IMG/VR virus record: IMGVR_UViG_3300007735_000794
Location: 1 to 64,000 of that record
DNA length: 64,000 nt
DNA from: a virus
Strand: one strand, 5' to 3'
The notes beneath the pieces are model-generated. The model was not told the origin of the DNA and did no database searches. It worked only from the letters and a program-made list of their open reading frames with translations. Both the position numbers and the translations under genes were made by a program. This document shows positions 18,861 to 27,703 of the stretch, piece by piece; the stretch's first letter is position 1; each line of letters starts with the position of its first letter.

Positions 18861-19051
18861 AACCGCTCAAACCCATCGTAGCGGGTCAGTTGTTAATCAA
18901 TTCGACAGAGCACAGAATCAAATACATTGTCATCGTTGTGTGGCAACATTCAGCATGTGTCATGCGATATGATTGGCGAGGCTTTACGATTGAACACTAC
19001 AGCTTAGATTTGCTCTCGTCAATCGCATTCAATATCGAAGAAGACACATGA
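18857..19051 (+). CDS. small 'GQL'-type protein
   Basis: IVAGQLLI; ATGA overlap. Confidence 0.6.
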   Translation: MKPLKPIVAGQLLINSTEHRIKYIVIVVWQHSACVMRYDWRGFTIEHYSLDLLSSIAFNIEEDT

Positions 19052-19266
19052 AAATGGCTGTCGCATGCGGACAAATTTGGAGATTGAAAGTAGAATTTAG
19101 AATTTTCTACGACGCCGCGCGACTATTTCATGTTTTGTCATTGAATGACGCCTTCGCCCAGGGCAATTTTATCGCTGATGTTGGGTCTGCGCCAATGCGT
19201 TGTAATTTGCCTTGCGATCGTATTCTTGAAATATACGACCTCATTTCAGACGCTGTCAGAGAATGA
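19048..19266 (+). CDS. small 'GQIW'-type protein
   Basis: VACGQIWRL. Confidence 0.6.
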   Translation: MKMAVACGQIWRLKVEFRIFYDAARLFHVLSLNDAFAQGNFIADVGSAPMRCNLPCDRILEIYDLISDAVRE

Positions 19267-19267
19267 C

Positions 19268-19561
19268 ATGTCAAATCTAGCAGAAGCACAGCAAACTGAA
19301 TTCTCGGCGGGTGATCTCTATCTGATTAAATTTTGGCCTGGGGGCGCGACATGGACAGGATTCGTGCTGACGAATGAATACGTTGATCCAACGCTCAGCG
19401 CCGGCGGCAAGCTTGTCATGTTGAACTTGTATGCCGCAGACAAAATACCGTATAATGGCTACAAAATCTATGCGAATGAATTACGCCGTTGCGAATCGAT
19501 CAAAAAATTGTGTAGCATTGATGATGATGAACATGAATATACACAGAATGAATCTGCATAA
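19268..19561 (+). CDS. small KOW/SH3-like protein
   Basis: FSAGDLYLI. Confidence 0.6.
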   Translation: MSNLAEAQQTEFSAGDLYLIKFWPGGATWTGFVLTNEYVDPTLSAGGKLVMLNLYAADKIPYNGYKIYANELRRCESIKKLCSIDDDEHEYTQNESA

Positions 19562-19598
19562 CTTATGTGAAACTTTGACAACAAATCCACAGTAACAT

Positions 19599-19871
19599 AT
19601 GGCAATCATGCACGATTCAACAGAACTTCAACAGATAAAATCTGCTGACATACAATGCGGGATGATGTTGCAAATTCGTTTTGGACCGGGACCCAACAAC
19701 GGATTCAACACAATTGCATATGTCAATGCTATCAACACGAAAATGTGTGTGTTTGTATTCACATTATGGTTTACTGACAACAGCGACATCAGCATTTGGC
19801 CCAATTACACAATTCCAATCAGCTCGACTGGGAACATGCAATTCAGATACATTTGCAGCGACCCTGCGTGA
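19599..19871 (+). CDS. small KOW/SH3-like protein
   Basis: IQCGMMLQI. Confidence 0.6.
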   Translation: MAIMHDSTELQQIKSADIQCGMMLQIRFGPGPNNGFNTIAYVNAINTKMCVFVFTLWFTDNSDISIWPNYTIPISSTGNMQFRYICSDPA

Positions 19872-19920
19872 GAAGCGCTTGAAGCCCACTTGACGCCCGA
19901 ACTTCACACCCAACAACATC

Positions 19921-19950
19921 ACGTGCGTGAAATGCGCGGGATCATATAAT
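19921..19950 (+). promoter_or_regulatory. early-type promoter (GTGCGT-N16-TATAAT)
   Basis: acGTGCGT 19923-19928, TATAAT 19945-19950. Confidence 0.75.
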
Positions 19951-19986
19951 GTCGCCACAGCAGCACAATTCGTGTTGCGCAAGAGG

Positions 19987-20232
19987 ATGACTTCGATGAA
20001 GTGCACGAAGTGCCACGTTGAGATGCAGTTGGGTCTCGCAATGATGCCCGTCTTGGGCAATTCGAATGCAAAGCCGCAGCTTGGGCAATGCATGTGGCCC
20101 GTTGGTGCAGCACTGTCGAACAACTGCCTCAAGTGCCCGCAGTGTGGTCACACTGTCGCATGGGCAGGGGAAGCGCAAGTGATGGTGGGCGATCCTCACT
20201 TGACGGTCAACGTGGGCGTTGCACAGAACTGA
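19987..20232 (+). CDS. zinc-ribbon protein
   Basis: MKCTKCHVEM...KCPQCGH; GAGG SD. Confidence 0.7.
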   Translation: MTSMKCTKCHVEMQLGLAMMPVLGNSNAKPQLGQCMWPVGAALSNNCLKCPQCGHTVAWAGEAQVMVGDPHLTVNVGVAQN

Positions 20233-20685
20233 AGATCTGCACGACAGCAAAGGGCGTGGGAGCTTAGAGATAAGTTGCCGCGCTTTTTGTTCACTTGAGC
20301 CTCGGGCTTCTCACACAGCACTGCACACTCTGCTCGTTGCAGAAAAATGCGACTTCCTAACAACTTCTACATCAGACGCTCGCGTGTCGCAGTGAAGACT
20401 GATGTCTCAACGTTTCAAGACACGCGGACGGGAAGCTCACGCGCAATTGAACATCGCGTCGCGCACGCGACAGACTCGACTTCACAGCTCTGCGTTGCCC
20501 TGCCCACACGTCAGTTCGACGACGTCAGAGCGCTGACGCAGCAGCACGCACGTCAGAGCGCGCAGATGTTCAAATCCGTTCTGCTGTGCGCAAGCTGCTG
20601 AAGGGTCACTTGAGACCCAACACTCACCTTGCGCACAGCAGAACGGGGGAGGCTTTCGCCTCCCCCGCCCATTCACCCGCCGTCC

Positions 20686-21249
20686 CTAGCTACGGCGACC
20701 CTTCTTCTTCTCGACCTGCACGGGTTCCTCGGCCACGGGCGCCTCGGGCTCTTCCACCACCGTCTCGGCGTGCACCTCGACGGGTTCCTCCACGGTCTCC
20801 GCGGGCACGTCTTCCCCGGTGGCGGGCTGCACCTCGGCGACCTCGCCCGTGGCCTCCTCGGCGGTGTTGGTCACCTCCTCGGTGGCACCCTCGGGCGGCG
20901 CCGCCGCCTCCACCACCGGCTCCTCCACCTGCACGACGGGGGCGATCGGCTGACCGTTGACGAGGATGACCGGCTTGTCCGTGTTGGTGGACCCACCGTG
21001 GCTCTTCGTCTCGGGGCACGGGTAGCCGGCCTCGCGGAGCGCCTTCTTGCACGCCCCACCGATCGCCACCTTTTCCCCCTGGCCGAACTGGGCACGCGTG
21101 TCATCGTGGACCTTGAGCAGCCAACGCCCGCCCCAGTTGAAGGGGGAAGCCGTGAAGGGCTTGCCGTCGCACGTCCCGGAGGCGGACTGCTTGTTGTTCT
21201 TGGCGTCGGTCACGTCGAGGGCGGTGATCTTGATATCGAATCGGGACAT
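20686..21249 (-). CDS. hypothetical protein with long Glu/Val/Pro-rich acidic tail; very high GC3
   Basis: GGAGAG SD before ATG 21249; codons nearly all G/C-ending; own promoter. Confidence 0.85.
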   Translation of the reverse strand: MSRFDIKITALDVTDAKNNKQSASGTCDGKPFTASPFNWGGRWLLKVHDDTRAQFGQGEKVAIGGACKKALREAGYPCPETKSHGGSTNTDKPVILVNGQPIAPVVQVEEPVVEAAAPPEGATEEVTNTAEEATGEVAEVQPATGEDVPAETVEEPVEVHAETVVEEPEAPVAEEPVQVEKKKGRRS

Positions 21250-21385
21250 GATCTCTCCCACTTGTTCGGCACTTGTTGCCGATTGTTGCTAGACACCCGG
21301 GAGGGTGGGAATAAGGGTGGCGGGGATTTGACCCGCCCGGGGAGGATTCCCCTCTTAATCCATTATTCCTCTGGATTATACCCAG

Positions 21386-21415
21386 ATTATATCTTTGAGT
21401 TTTTGGTTCACACGT
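21386..21415 (-). promoter_or_regulatory. early-type promoter (GTGTGA-N16-TATAAT) for the 21249 gene
   Basis: + strand ATTATA 21386-21391, TCACAC 21408-21413. Confidence 0.7.
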
Positions 21416-21481
21416 CGATGGAGATGGGAAGTTTTGTGCTGCGAAAATGCGCTGACGCTCGCCGCGCTTGAAGCTCACATG

Positions 21482-21544
21482 AAGCACTTGACACCCACTT
21501 CACGCTGACGCTGAGGAGAAAGCACTTGACAGACACTTCACGCT
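21482..21544 (+). repeat. 25-bp imperfect direct repeat containing TTGACA
   Basis: AAGCACTTGACAcccACTTCACGCT / AAGCACTTGACAgacACTTCACGCT, 38-bp period. Confidence 0.75.
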
Positions 21545-21923
21545 CCTCATGAACTTGACGTTCCACAAATGTCCGCGGCAGACACACGTCGCCTCGCTCA
21601 TTGTCGGGCTGAAGTGTGAAGTGCTGCACACGCTGCGCGTTGCGACTCCGAGCGCGGCGAGGTGCGGGCTGATGCAGCTTGACATGAAGCGCACGCTTGA
21701 GACGCTGTCGTTTGACTGTGAAGCAGTGTAGGGGCACGTTGCGCTGCTCAGCGTCTGAGATGCAGTGCTGCTCGATAGACACGTCAGACCTCCCATTGCG
21801 CAGCTGTGCTGCGTCTATGCTGCTACGCACGCTGATGTCGCAGTCGTGCGTCAAACAGCGCACAGGGCACACGAACTGAATCGTGAACCCGTGCACAGTG
21901 ACAGCTCCGCTGCTGCCAAATAG

Positions 21924-21953
21924 ATTATAACATGCAGTTTCTGTTGCGCACGC
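21924..21953 (-). promoter_or_regulatory. early-type promoter (GTGCGC-N16-TATAAT), leftward
   Basis: + strand ATTATA 21924-21929, GCGCAC 21946-21951. Confidence 0.7.
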
Positions 21954-22047
21954 TGCCACAACCGGTGCGCAGCGCAGAGAACAATCGAAGCGTCACGCAG
22001 ATGATGCGTGTCTGCTGCTGCAGCTGACGTAGCCGCCGCCCTGTCCC

Positions 22048-22076
22048 ATTATAACAACGCTGCACACTTCACACGC
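22048..22076 (-). promoter_or_regulatory. early-type promoter (GTGTGA-N15-TATAAT), leftward
   Basis: + strand ATTATA 22048-22053, TCACAC 22069-22074. Confidence 0.55.
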
Positions 22077-22184
22077 GAGCGGCCCTAGGGCAGCGGGGCG
22101 CCCCCTGTAGGGTCTCCCCCGAGCCCACCCGGACAGGCTCAGTGGGGGTCTGAAGCGGGGCTGCGTGCGCCCTAGTCTCCGCGC

Positions 22185-22373
22185 GCTTCCCGGGAATTTT
22201 CAACGACTTCTGACATCGTATCAACGATGTCAACAAGCGTCGCGTTGTCTAAGCTAGCAAATAACATGCTTCCCGGGAATTTTCAACGACTTCTGACATT
22301 TATGCAGCACGAGATTCTTCTAAACAACAGCTGTTCAAACTTTTCTTCCCGGGAAAGTTGACGAACTTTTGAC
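22185..22373 (+). repeat. 32-bp perfect direct repeat x2 plus degenerate third copy, palindromic core TTCCCGGGAA
   Basis: GCTTCCCGGGAATTTTCAACGACTTCTGACAT at 22185 and 22268; core again at 22346 and 23026. Confidence 0.9.
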
Positions 22374-22395
22374 TTGCATTAAGATAATTAATGCT

Positions 22396-22476
22396 ATGTT
22401 GATATCAAACACAAACCTTAGAAGATTGATTGCTGAATCGATAGAAAGCGGCATATTAATGATAACAACTTGTTGA
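22396..22476 (+). pseudogene. leader-only remnant of the LRxLIxE family (26 aa)
   Basis: MLISNTNLRRLIAES then early stop; upstream sequence duplicates that of 23062. Confidence 0.6.
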
Positions 22477-22531
22477 AAAAAATTCGAAGTTATATCAGCA
22501 AGCGCAGATAGATCGAATGCAATAAAGTGAA

Positions 22532-22939
22532 TTAGTCTTCTTCGTCATCAAACAAATCATCGAAGTCATCGTCATCATCACCCCATTCTTCATCACGCAT
22601 GGCAGCAGCAAAATCACCATGCGCTGGGTCACCGCCCGCAGACAATAAGATCATGTCAGCAAGCTCAACGAATTGATCTTCGGTCAGCACTTCATCAAAG
22701 CCAAATCCGCTGAGATTTGCATGAAGATCATACGTGGGCATTTTTGAATCTGCATCAAAAAGAAATGTAAGGCGATCTGCGATTTTGCACATAAGTGGCG
22801 CGCGGCTTTCTTGCGGCATTGAATCGATGTTTGTGCATAGATCTAATGCCCATTCAATTGTTTCTGCTTCATCATCTTGTGATTCGTCTTTTAACTCATC
22901 ATCAATCATTTCTATCAACATGCTTTTTGATAGTTTCAT
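22532..22939 (-). CDS. acidic protein with leader variant (putative virion internal protein)
   Basis: MKLSKSMLIEMIDDELKDES; Asp-rich tail. Confidence 0.75.
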   Translation of the reverse strand: MKLSKSMLIEMIDDELKDESQDDEAETIEWALDLCTNIDSMPQESRAPLMCKIADRLTFLFDADSKMPTYDLHANLSGFGFDEVLTEDQFVELADMILLSAGGDPAHGDFAAAMRDEEWGDDDDDFDDLFDDEED

Positions 22940-23061
22940 TTGTTGACTCTATAAAAGTATACATATCGATGAAGCAAAAATCTGCACCCGTAAACTTTTC
23001 GTAAAGTGAACAGTCACAACTTTTCTTCCCGGGAAAATTGCGCGAAATGATAATTAGCTTT

Positions 23062-23712
23062 ATGTTGATATCTGCGCGCAAATTAAAATCGATGATTGCT
23101 GAAGCAGCAAGCAATGATTTGCTTGATGATGATCTTGTTCTTTTAATTGAAGAGTTTGCTAATCTTTCTAAAGACTGCGCAACGTTTGACGATATTAGCG
23201 AAGAAGGCATGTTGATACTGAAAATGATTCGTAAACTTGCAAGAAGTGGTGATGATGATCGCTATTTTAGTTGGATTCTGCGTCAAGATCTCACGCGGAA
23301 AATTTCAATAAATGATATCGCACAATTTTCTGTTGGTGCTATGTTTCTTGATGAACGCTGTGGTGTAAGCGACAAAGACAAAATGAAATTTGAGCAAATT
23401 GACAAGTTGATATCAAAGCTATCTGTCCAGTTCGCTTTTCGAAAAGATGAATTGGAAATTGAAAAACTCTCTGAGGCGATTATTGCGCTGCTCCGCGAAA
23501 TTTATGGAATTAGCAGCTTAAACGGTTCTCCTTTCACTTACGCATCACTTGCATTCCGTTGCAAAAGCCTGCGTTGTTACAATCCTTACAACACACACGC
23601 AGCAATTCCAGTGTTTGTTCAAAGAACTCTGCTCTATTCATTAACTGGATACGTATTTGACTTGCAAAAATCAATTCATAATTTTTTGCGCTTCCACGAA
23701 GATCGCACTTAA
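23062..23712 (+). CDS. leader-family protein (putative virion internal protein), close paralog of 24996
   Basis: MLISARKLKSMIAEA; EEGMLILKMIRKLA. Confidence 0.8.
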   Translation: MLISARKLKSMIAEAASNDLLDDDLVLLIEEFANLSKDCATFDDISEEGMLILKMIRKLARSGDDDRYFSWILRQDLTRKISINDIAQFSVGAMFLDERCGVSDKDKMKFEQIDKLISKLSVQFAFRKDELEIEKLSEAIIALLREIYGISSLNGSPFTYASLAFRCKSLRCYNPYNTHAAIPVFVQRTLLYSLTGYVFDLQKSIHNFLRFHEDRT

Positions 23713-24357
23713 ATGATTATTTCTAGCACAAAATTGCGACGTCTGATTTATGAAGCAATTGATGATTTTGGCGAAGATCGTGAAGTAATTCAATCATTGT
23801 TTGATGAAGCTGTTTCTCGTTTTTTTGAATGCGGAGTATCGTTTTCTCGAGCAAATGTTGATGAAGAGTTTATTGTTGCGTCAAAACAATTAATCACACT
23901 TTTGGGATGGGACAGTGAAATGATTCGCGACATGATCGCAGATCATGAAAGTCTTGATCCTTACATGCAAGATTCTTTCTTTAGCGTTATGAAGTGGGTT
24001 TGCTTCAAATCTTTAAATAATATTGATGACGCTGCCGACCCAAATTTTTTGCAATTGAAAGAAGCAATTATTGAGCTTAAAAAAGCAATTGACAAAGAAG
24101 ACGAAGACAATGAAGATTTTGCTCCAGGCGATGCTGAACAAGATGATAATTTGTATGTCATAGAATTGCAGAAGATTTTGAGCTTATATCAACGCAATGA
24201 GAAGGTGAAAACATTATTGAACGCTCGAATACACGGCGTTGCTGATGGGTTTGTTGCGACGTTTATTAATCCTGGTTACAATGAATTTATTATTCCAAGC
24301 ATTGTAGACATAATTAAAAAGTTTGTTAGACGCAGTGTTAAGAGAACAATGATATGA
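23713..24357 (+). CDS. leader-family protein
   Basis: MIISSTKLRRLIYEA; EEFIVASKQL. Confidence 0.8.
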   Translation: MIISSTKLRRLIYEAIDDFGEDREVIQSLFDEAVSRFFECGVSFSRANVDEEFIVASKQLITLLGWDSEMIRDMIADHESLDPYMQDSFFSVMKWVCFKSLNNIDDAADPNFLQLKEAIIELKKAIDKEDEDNEDFAPGDAEQDDNLYVIELQKILSLYQRNEKVKTLLNARIHGVADGFVATFINPGYNEFIIPSIVDIIKKFVRRSVKRTMI

Positions 24358-24977
24358 TTATTTCTAGCACAAAATTGCGACGCTTGCTTAAGGAATCAAT
24401 GGACGCTAGCGTCCATGAAATCATTGAACAAATGTGTGAAATTTTTAAGCAAAACAATGCTAGAATGGATAAAACGCTAGCTGACCCTGATTTTATCTTT
24501 TTAGAAAATGCACTTTATGCAAGTTATGATGCTATTGCAGAATTCGATAGACGTATTGATGTGAAAAGTGTCATTGAAGATGCGATTGCTGGAAGCAACA
24601 TATCTTCGTATTCTGCTATTTGCTTGAGTCAAGCAATAGAATCAATTATTAGCGACAAATGCAGACACATAAATATCAATGACGCAAGAATAAAAGAAAT
24701 AGAGCAACTGCTCGAAGTAATATACGAATTTTACAAAACACAAGACTTTGAATACATCAAAAAAAATGAAAGTGAAATCATAAGTGTTGTAAAAAAGATA
24801 CATGAACTCGCCGCGGGTGTTTATAATGTCGATGAAGACTTTCGTGACTGCATGGGTAGAATGAGCGTGTCTTATTCAAGCGACATATTTATACATTTTG
24901 TTAGAAGCGTAGTCTATAGAATGACATCACATGATGCTGCGCGAGATGTTCGTCATTTTAATCGCGTCATGATATAA
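24354..24977 (+). CDS. leader-family protein
   Basis: MIISSTKLRRLLKES (leader DNA nearly identical to 23713). Confidence 0.8.
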   Translation: MIISSTKLRRLLKESMDASVHEIIEQMCEIFKQNNARMDKTLADPDFIFLENALYASYDAIAEFDRRIDVKSVIEDAIAGSNISSYSAICLSQAIESIISDKCRHININDARIKEIEQLLEVIYEFYKTQDFEYIKKNESEIISVVKKIHELAAGVYNVDEDFRDCMGRMSVSYSSDIFIHFVRSVVYRMTSHDAARDVRHFNRVMI

Positions 24978-24995
24978 GAGAACAACATAATAAAC

Positions 24996-25655
24996 ATGAA
25001 CATCACTTCACAACAACTTCGGCAAATGATTCGTGAAGCAGTCACGCACGACGATAACAATGAAATGCTCGATGATGATATTGCAGAATTGATTTATCAA
25101 TTTGAAGATGAAACGAAAGAATGTGTACGGTTTAGTGACATAAATGAATCTGGAATGCTTGCATTAAAGATGATAAGAAAACTCGCAAATGTGGGTGACT
25201 ATATAAAATTTATTGAATGGAATAACAAAAGATGGTCTTTTGACAAACCGTTTAATGACGTCTCACATAATTCATTGCTTGCTGCATTTTTTGAAGCGAA
25301 TGAACATATCACAGATAATGATAATCAAATGTTTGAAAAACTAAATAAATTGTTTGGCGAGCTAAAGTCACAGTTTGAAACTCACAAACAAGCAAAAAAG
25401 ATTTGCAACATTTCTATGAAAATTATTGATATTATACACCAGCGCTTTGGAAACATATATCATACAGACTTGCTAAATGCTTCATTTGCATATCATTGCA
25501 GCAATATGCGTCATTTTTCGCCATCTAATGCTGAGATTGTGCCTCTTTTTGTCAAAACAGTAATTCTTTATAGCACAAATGAAAATCATGCAGAGTTATT
25601 ATATCGTGTTCGAAGATTTATCGATGACATTAATTTAGACGCAGACGAAGATTAA
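24996..25655 (+). CDS. leader-family protein
   Basis: MNITSQQLRQMIREA; ESGMLALKMIRKLA. Confidence 0.8.
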   Translation: MNITSQQLRQMIREAVTHDDNNEMLDDDIAELIYQFEDETKECVRFSDINESGMLALKMIRKLANVGDYIKFIEWNNKRWSFDKPFNDVSHNSLLAAFFEANEHITDNDNQMFEKLNKLFGELKSQFETHKQAKKICNISMKIIDIIHQRFGNIYHTDLLNASFAYHCSNMRHFSPSNAEIVPLFVKTVILYSTNENHAELLYRVRRFIDDINLDADED

Positions 25656-26041
25656 CTCTTGTCGTTATATTTGTAGTCTAAATAAAATAGAGTACTTTTT
25701 GGCATAGACATCGGTTGAACTTTTACAATATCATGAATAAATAATGCTGAGTTTGCTCTTTGTATTTTTGGAAATACGAATTTTTGTGGCCTCGTTGATT
25801 TCCCACGCGTAAAGATTTGTGTTTCGTATATCGTGTGTATGCGTTCATCAATAAACACTTCCCAGTTTGGGAAGTTATTACTTGTCGCAATTTTAATGAT
25901 GGGCATGCATAGTTTTGGTGCTTCCCATTCGTGTTCAAGCCACACCTCATAAATTTCGCCCGCGACTATTTGTCGTTCTTCGTCTTTCAAAACTTTAACT
26001 GCGCTCTTAATCATTTTCATTTTTCTCTTTGCGAGAAACAT
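25652..26041 (-). CDS. hypothetical protein (IVAGEIYEV, KOW-like)
   Basis: Fills gap antisense; no leader. Confidence 0.6.
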   Translation of the reverse strand: MFLAKRKMKMIKSAVKVLKDEERQIVAGEIYEVWLEHEWEAPKLCMPIIKIATSNNFPNWEVFIDERIHTIYETQIFTRGKSTRPQKFVFPKIQRANSALFIHDIVKVQPMSMPKSTLFYLDYKYNDKS

Positions 26042-26204
26042 TTAATGAATGAATTTCACGAATGATTTCGTCACGATTGTTTTTGTTAAAGTCTAACAAT
26101 TCTTGTATCTTTCTTAATAAGTTTTCGTCAAGATCAGAATTGTCAAGTTCTTTGACAACATCGTCAGCCATTTCTTTGAATTTCGAAATCAAACTTTTTT
26201 CCAT
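26007..26204 (-). CDS. small helical protein
   Basis: GAGG SD; TGTAAA-N16-TATGAT upstream. Confidence 0.65.
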   Translation of the reverse strand: MEKSLISKFKEMADDVVKELDNSDLDENLLRKIQELLDFNKNNRDEIIREIHSLNVSRKEKNEND

Positions 26205-26294
26205 TTTTAACCTCGTATTTATCATACTGCTTCTTGCTAAAATTTACACTTTCTTTTCTCAAGCATATTTAATTGTATAAAGAGCACATGTTCT

Positions 26295-26933
26295 ATGAAA
26301 ATTACAAAATCAGAATTGCATCGTCTTATACGTGAAGAATTTGTTCGCCTTCGCGAAGGCAGTGATACAATTGGTAAACCACTGTTTAGTTTAGCAGGTC
26401 TTATGGGTCAAGACTATATGGGTGCACCAATCGCAAGATTAAAGCCCACAGATTTTGATGATTGGCGATCAAAATTGCCAGCAGAATTCAAAATGCCTTG
26501 CATCACAAAGCAGGGTGTTGCTGCCGTGCCCGTTTCAAAACAGATTTATATGCCTTTCTTAGAAGCATTCTATAAATTTATTGGGATGGGTGACGTAGAA
26601 GAAGGAGTAAACAAAGTATCTGGAATGTCAATCGACGAATTTCATAGCAAAATGGGATTATTCAAATCAATTGAAAAAGGCGCGGGCGCAGGCCAAGTTG
26701 CTGGCGCTTTAAGAATTCAAAAAAATATTTTACTAAACGATCTCATTGCGCAGCATGATGAATTTTCAAGATACCTTATATTTAAAATGACAAGATTCGG
26801 TGTTCCACAACCGTGGGTTTGGCCACTTGTTTCTGAACTAACATTTGAAGAGGTCACAGAAGAAATGATTACACCTGCAATGGCAGATCTTGACAAAGCT
26901 ATTATGTTTAGTCAATATGCGGCACAAAAGTAA
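26295..26933 (+). CDS. leader-bearing protein with unrelated body
   Basis: MKITKSELHRLIREEFVRLREG; ATATTTA upstream. Confidence 0.8.
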   Translation: MKITKSELHRLIREEFVRLREGSDTIGKPLFSLAGLMGQDYMGAPIARLKPTDFDDWRSKLPAEFKMPCITKQGVAAVPVSKQIYMPFLEAFYKFIGMGDVEEGVNKVSGMSIDEFHSKMGLFKSIEKGAGAGQVAGALRIQKNILLNDLIAQHDEFSRYLIFKMTRFGVPQPWVWPLVSELTFEEVTEEMITPAMADLDKAIMFSQYAAQK

Positions 26934-26938
26934 TTTGA

Positions 26939-27667
26939 ATGCTAATCACTTCTAGAAAACTTCGCAATCTTATCAAAGAAGCAATTAGTGATACAAATGA
27001 ATTACGTCAAGAAATTAGTGAAGACATTGAACAGATTCTTGTTTCTACTACAGGCAGAACAAACACATATGAAGACATAGCAACAAACAATGACTTGAAA
27101 CATTTGTTAAATGTGCTTTATGCAGATGCAAATGAAAATGACTACGAAGAATTTATGTGTGCATGGCGCGCATATACAACAGGATACAGCGCAGTGGATT
27201 CTGTGTTGCATAACGTTGAACAATATATAGAAAATTCTATCGACGTTATTGATGTTATCGCAGCAATTTTATTTAACAAACAACACAATGTCAGTTTACA
27301 CAGTCAGCATTTTGCGAACATTTCTTCAATGTTATATTTGTTGCATGATGCATGGGACGAGTTTAGCCACAGCAATACATCAGGTGAAAGAGCAAGAAGC
27401 TTGGCAAAAATAATTTATGAATTAAATGAAAAAATCGGCAGAGAATTTAGCAGCATGTATGGAAATATAAGCGCATTTGATGTAAATTTAAAGAAGCATT
27501 CGATTGTGTTTGAAGCGAAGAACAATATTTATTCATCACTTTGTCTATTTACAGACATTGTAAAAATGGGAAAAGCATTTGATAATTTTGTCTATCACTA
27601 CATTATCACGTCATTTTTAAAAAGTCACACTATTGAATTAGATCGATATATAAATCAGTTCAAATAA
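26939..27667 (+). CDS. leader-family protein
   Basis: MLITSRKLRNLIKEA. Confidence 0.8.
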   Translation: MLITSRKLRNLIKEAISDTNELRQEISEDIEQILVSTTGRTNTYEDIATNNDLKHLLNVLYADANENDYEEFMCAWRAYTTGYSAVDSVLHNVEQYIENSIDVIDVIAAILFNKQHNVSLHSQHFANISSMLYLLHDAWDEFSHSNTSGERARSLAKIIYELNEKIGREFSSMYGNISAFDVNLKKHSIVFEAKNNIYSSLCLFTDIVKMGKAFDNFVYHYIITSFLKSHTIELDRYINQFK

Positions 27668-27703
27668 AGAAACGGAATAATTAGCAGCATAAGATTGTGA
27701 TTA

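Noticed and set aside
20347-21959. Long overlapping ORFs (20586+, 20629+, 20690-, 20871-, 21101-, 21408-)
   Set aside because: Shadow frames arising from high GC; only 20686..21249 (-) has an SD, a promoter and coherent codon bias
22185-22373. 32-bp direct repeats as a CRISPR mini-array
   Set aside because: Only two exact copies, a 51-nt spacer, a degenerate third copy, the core reused upstream of a gene at 23026, and no cas genes
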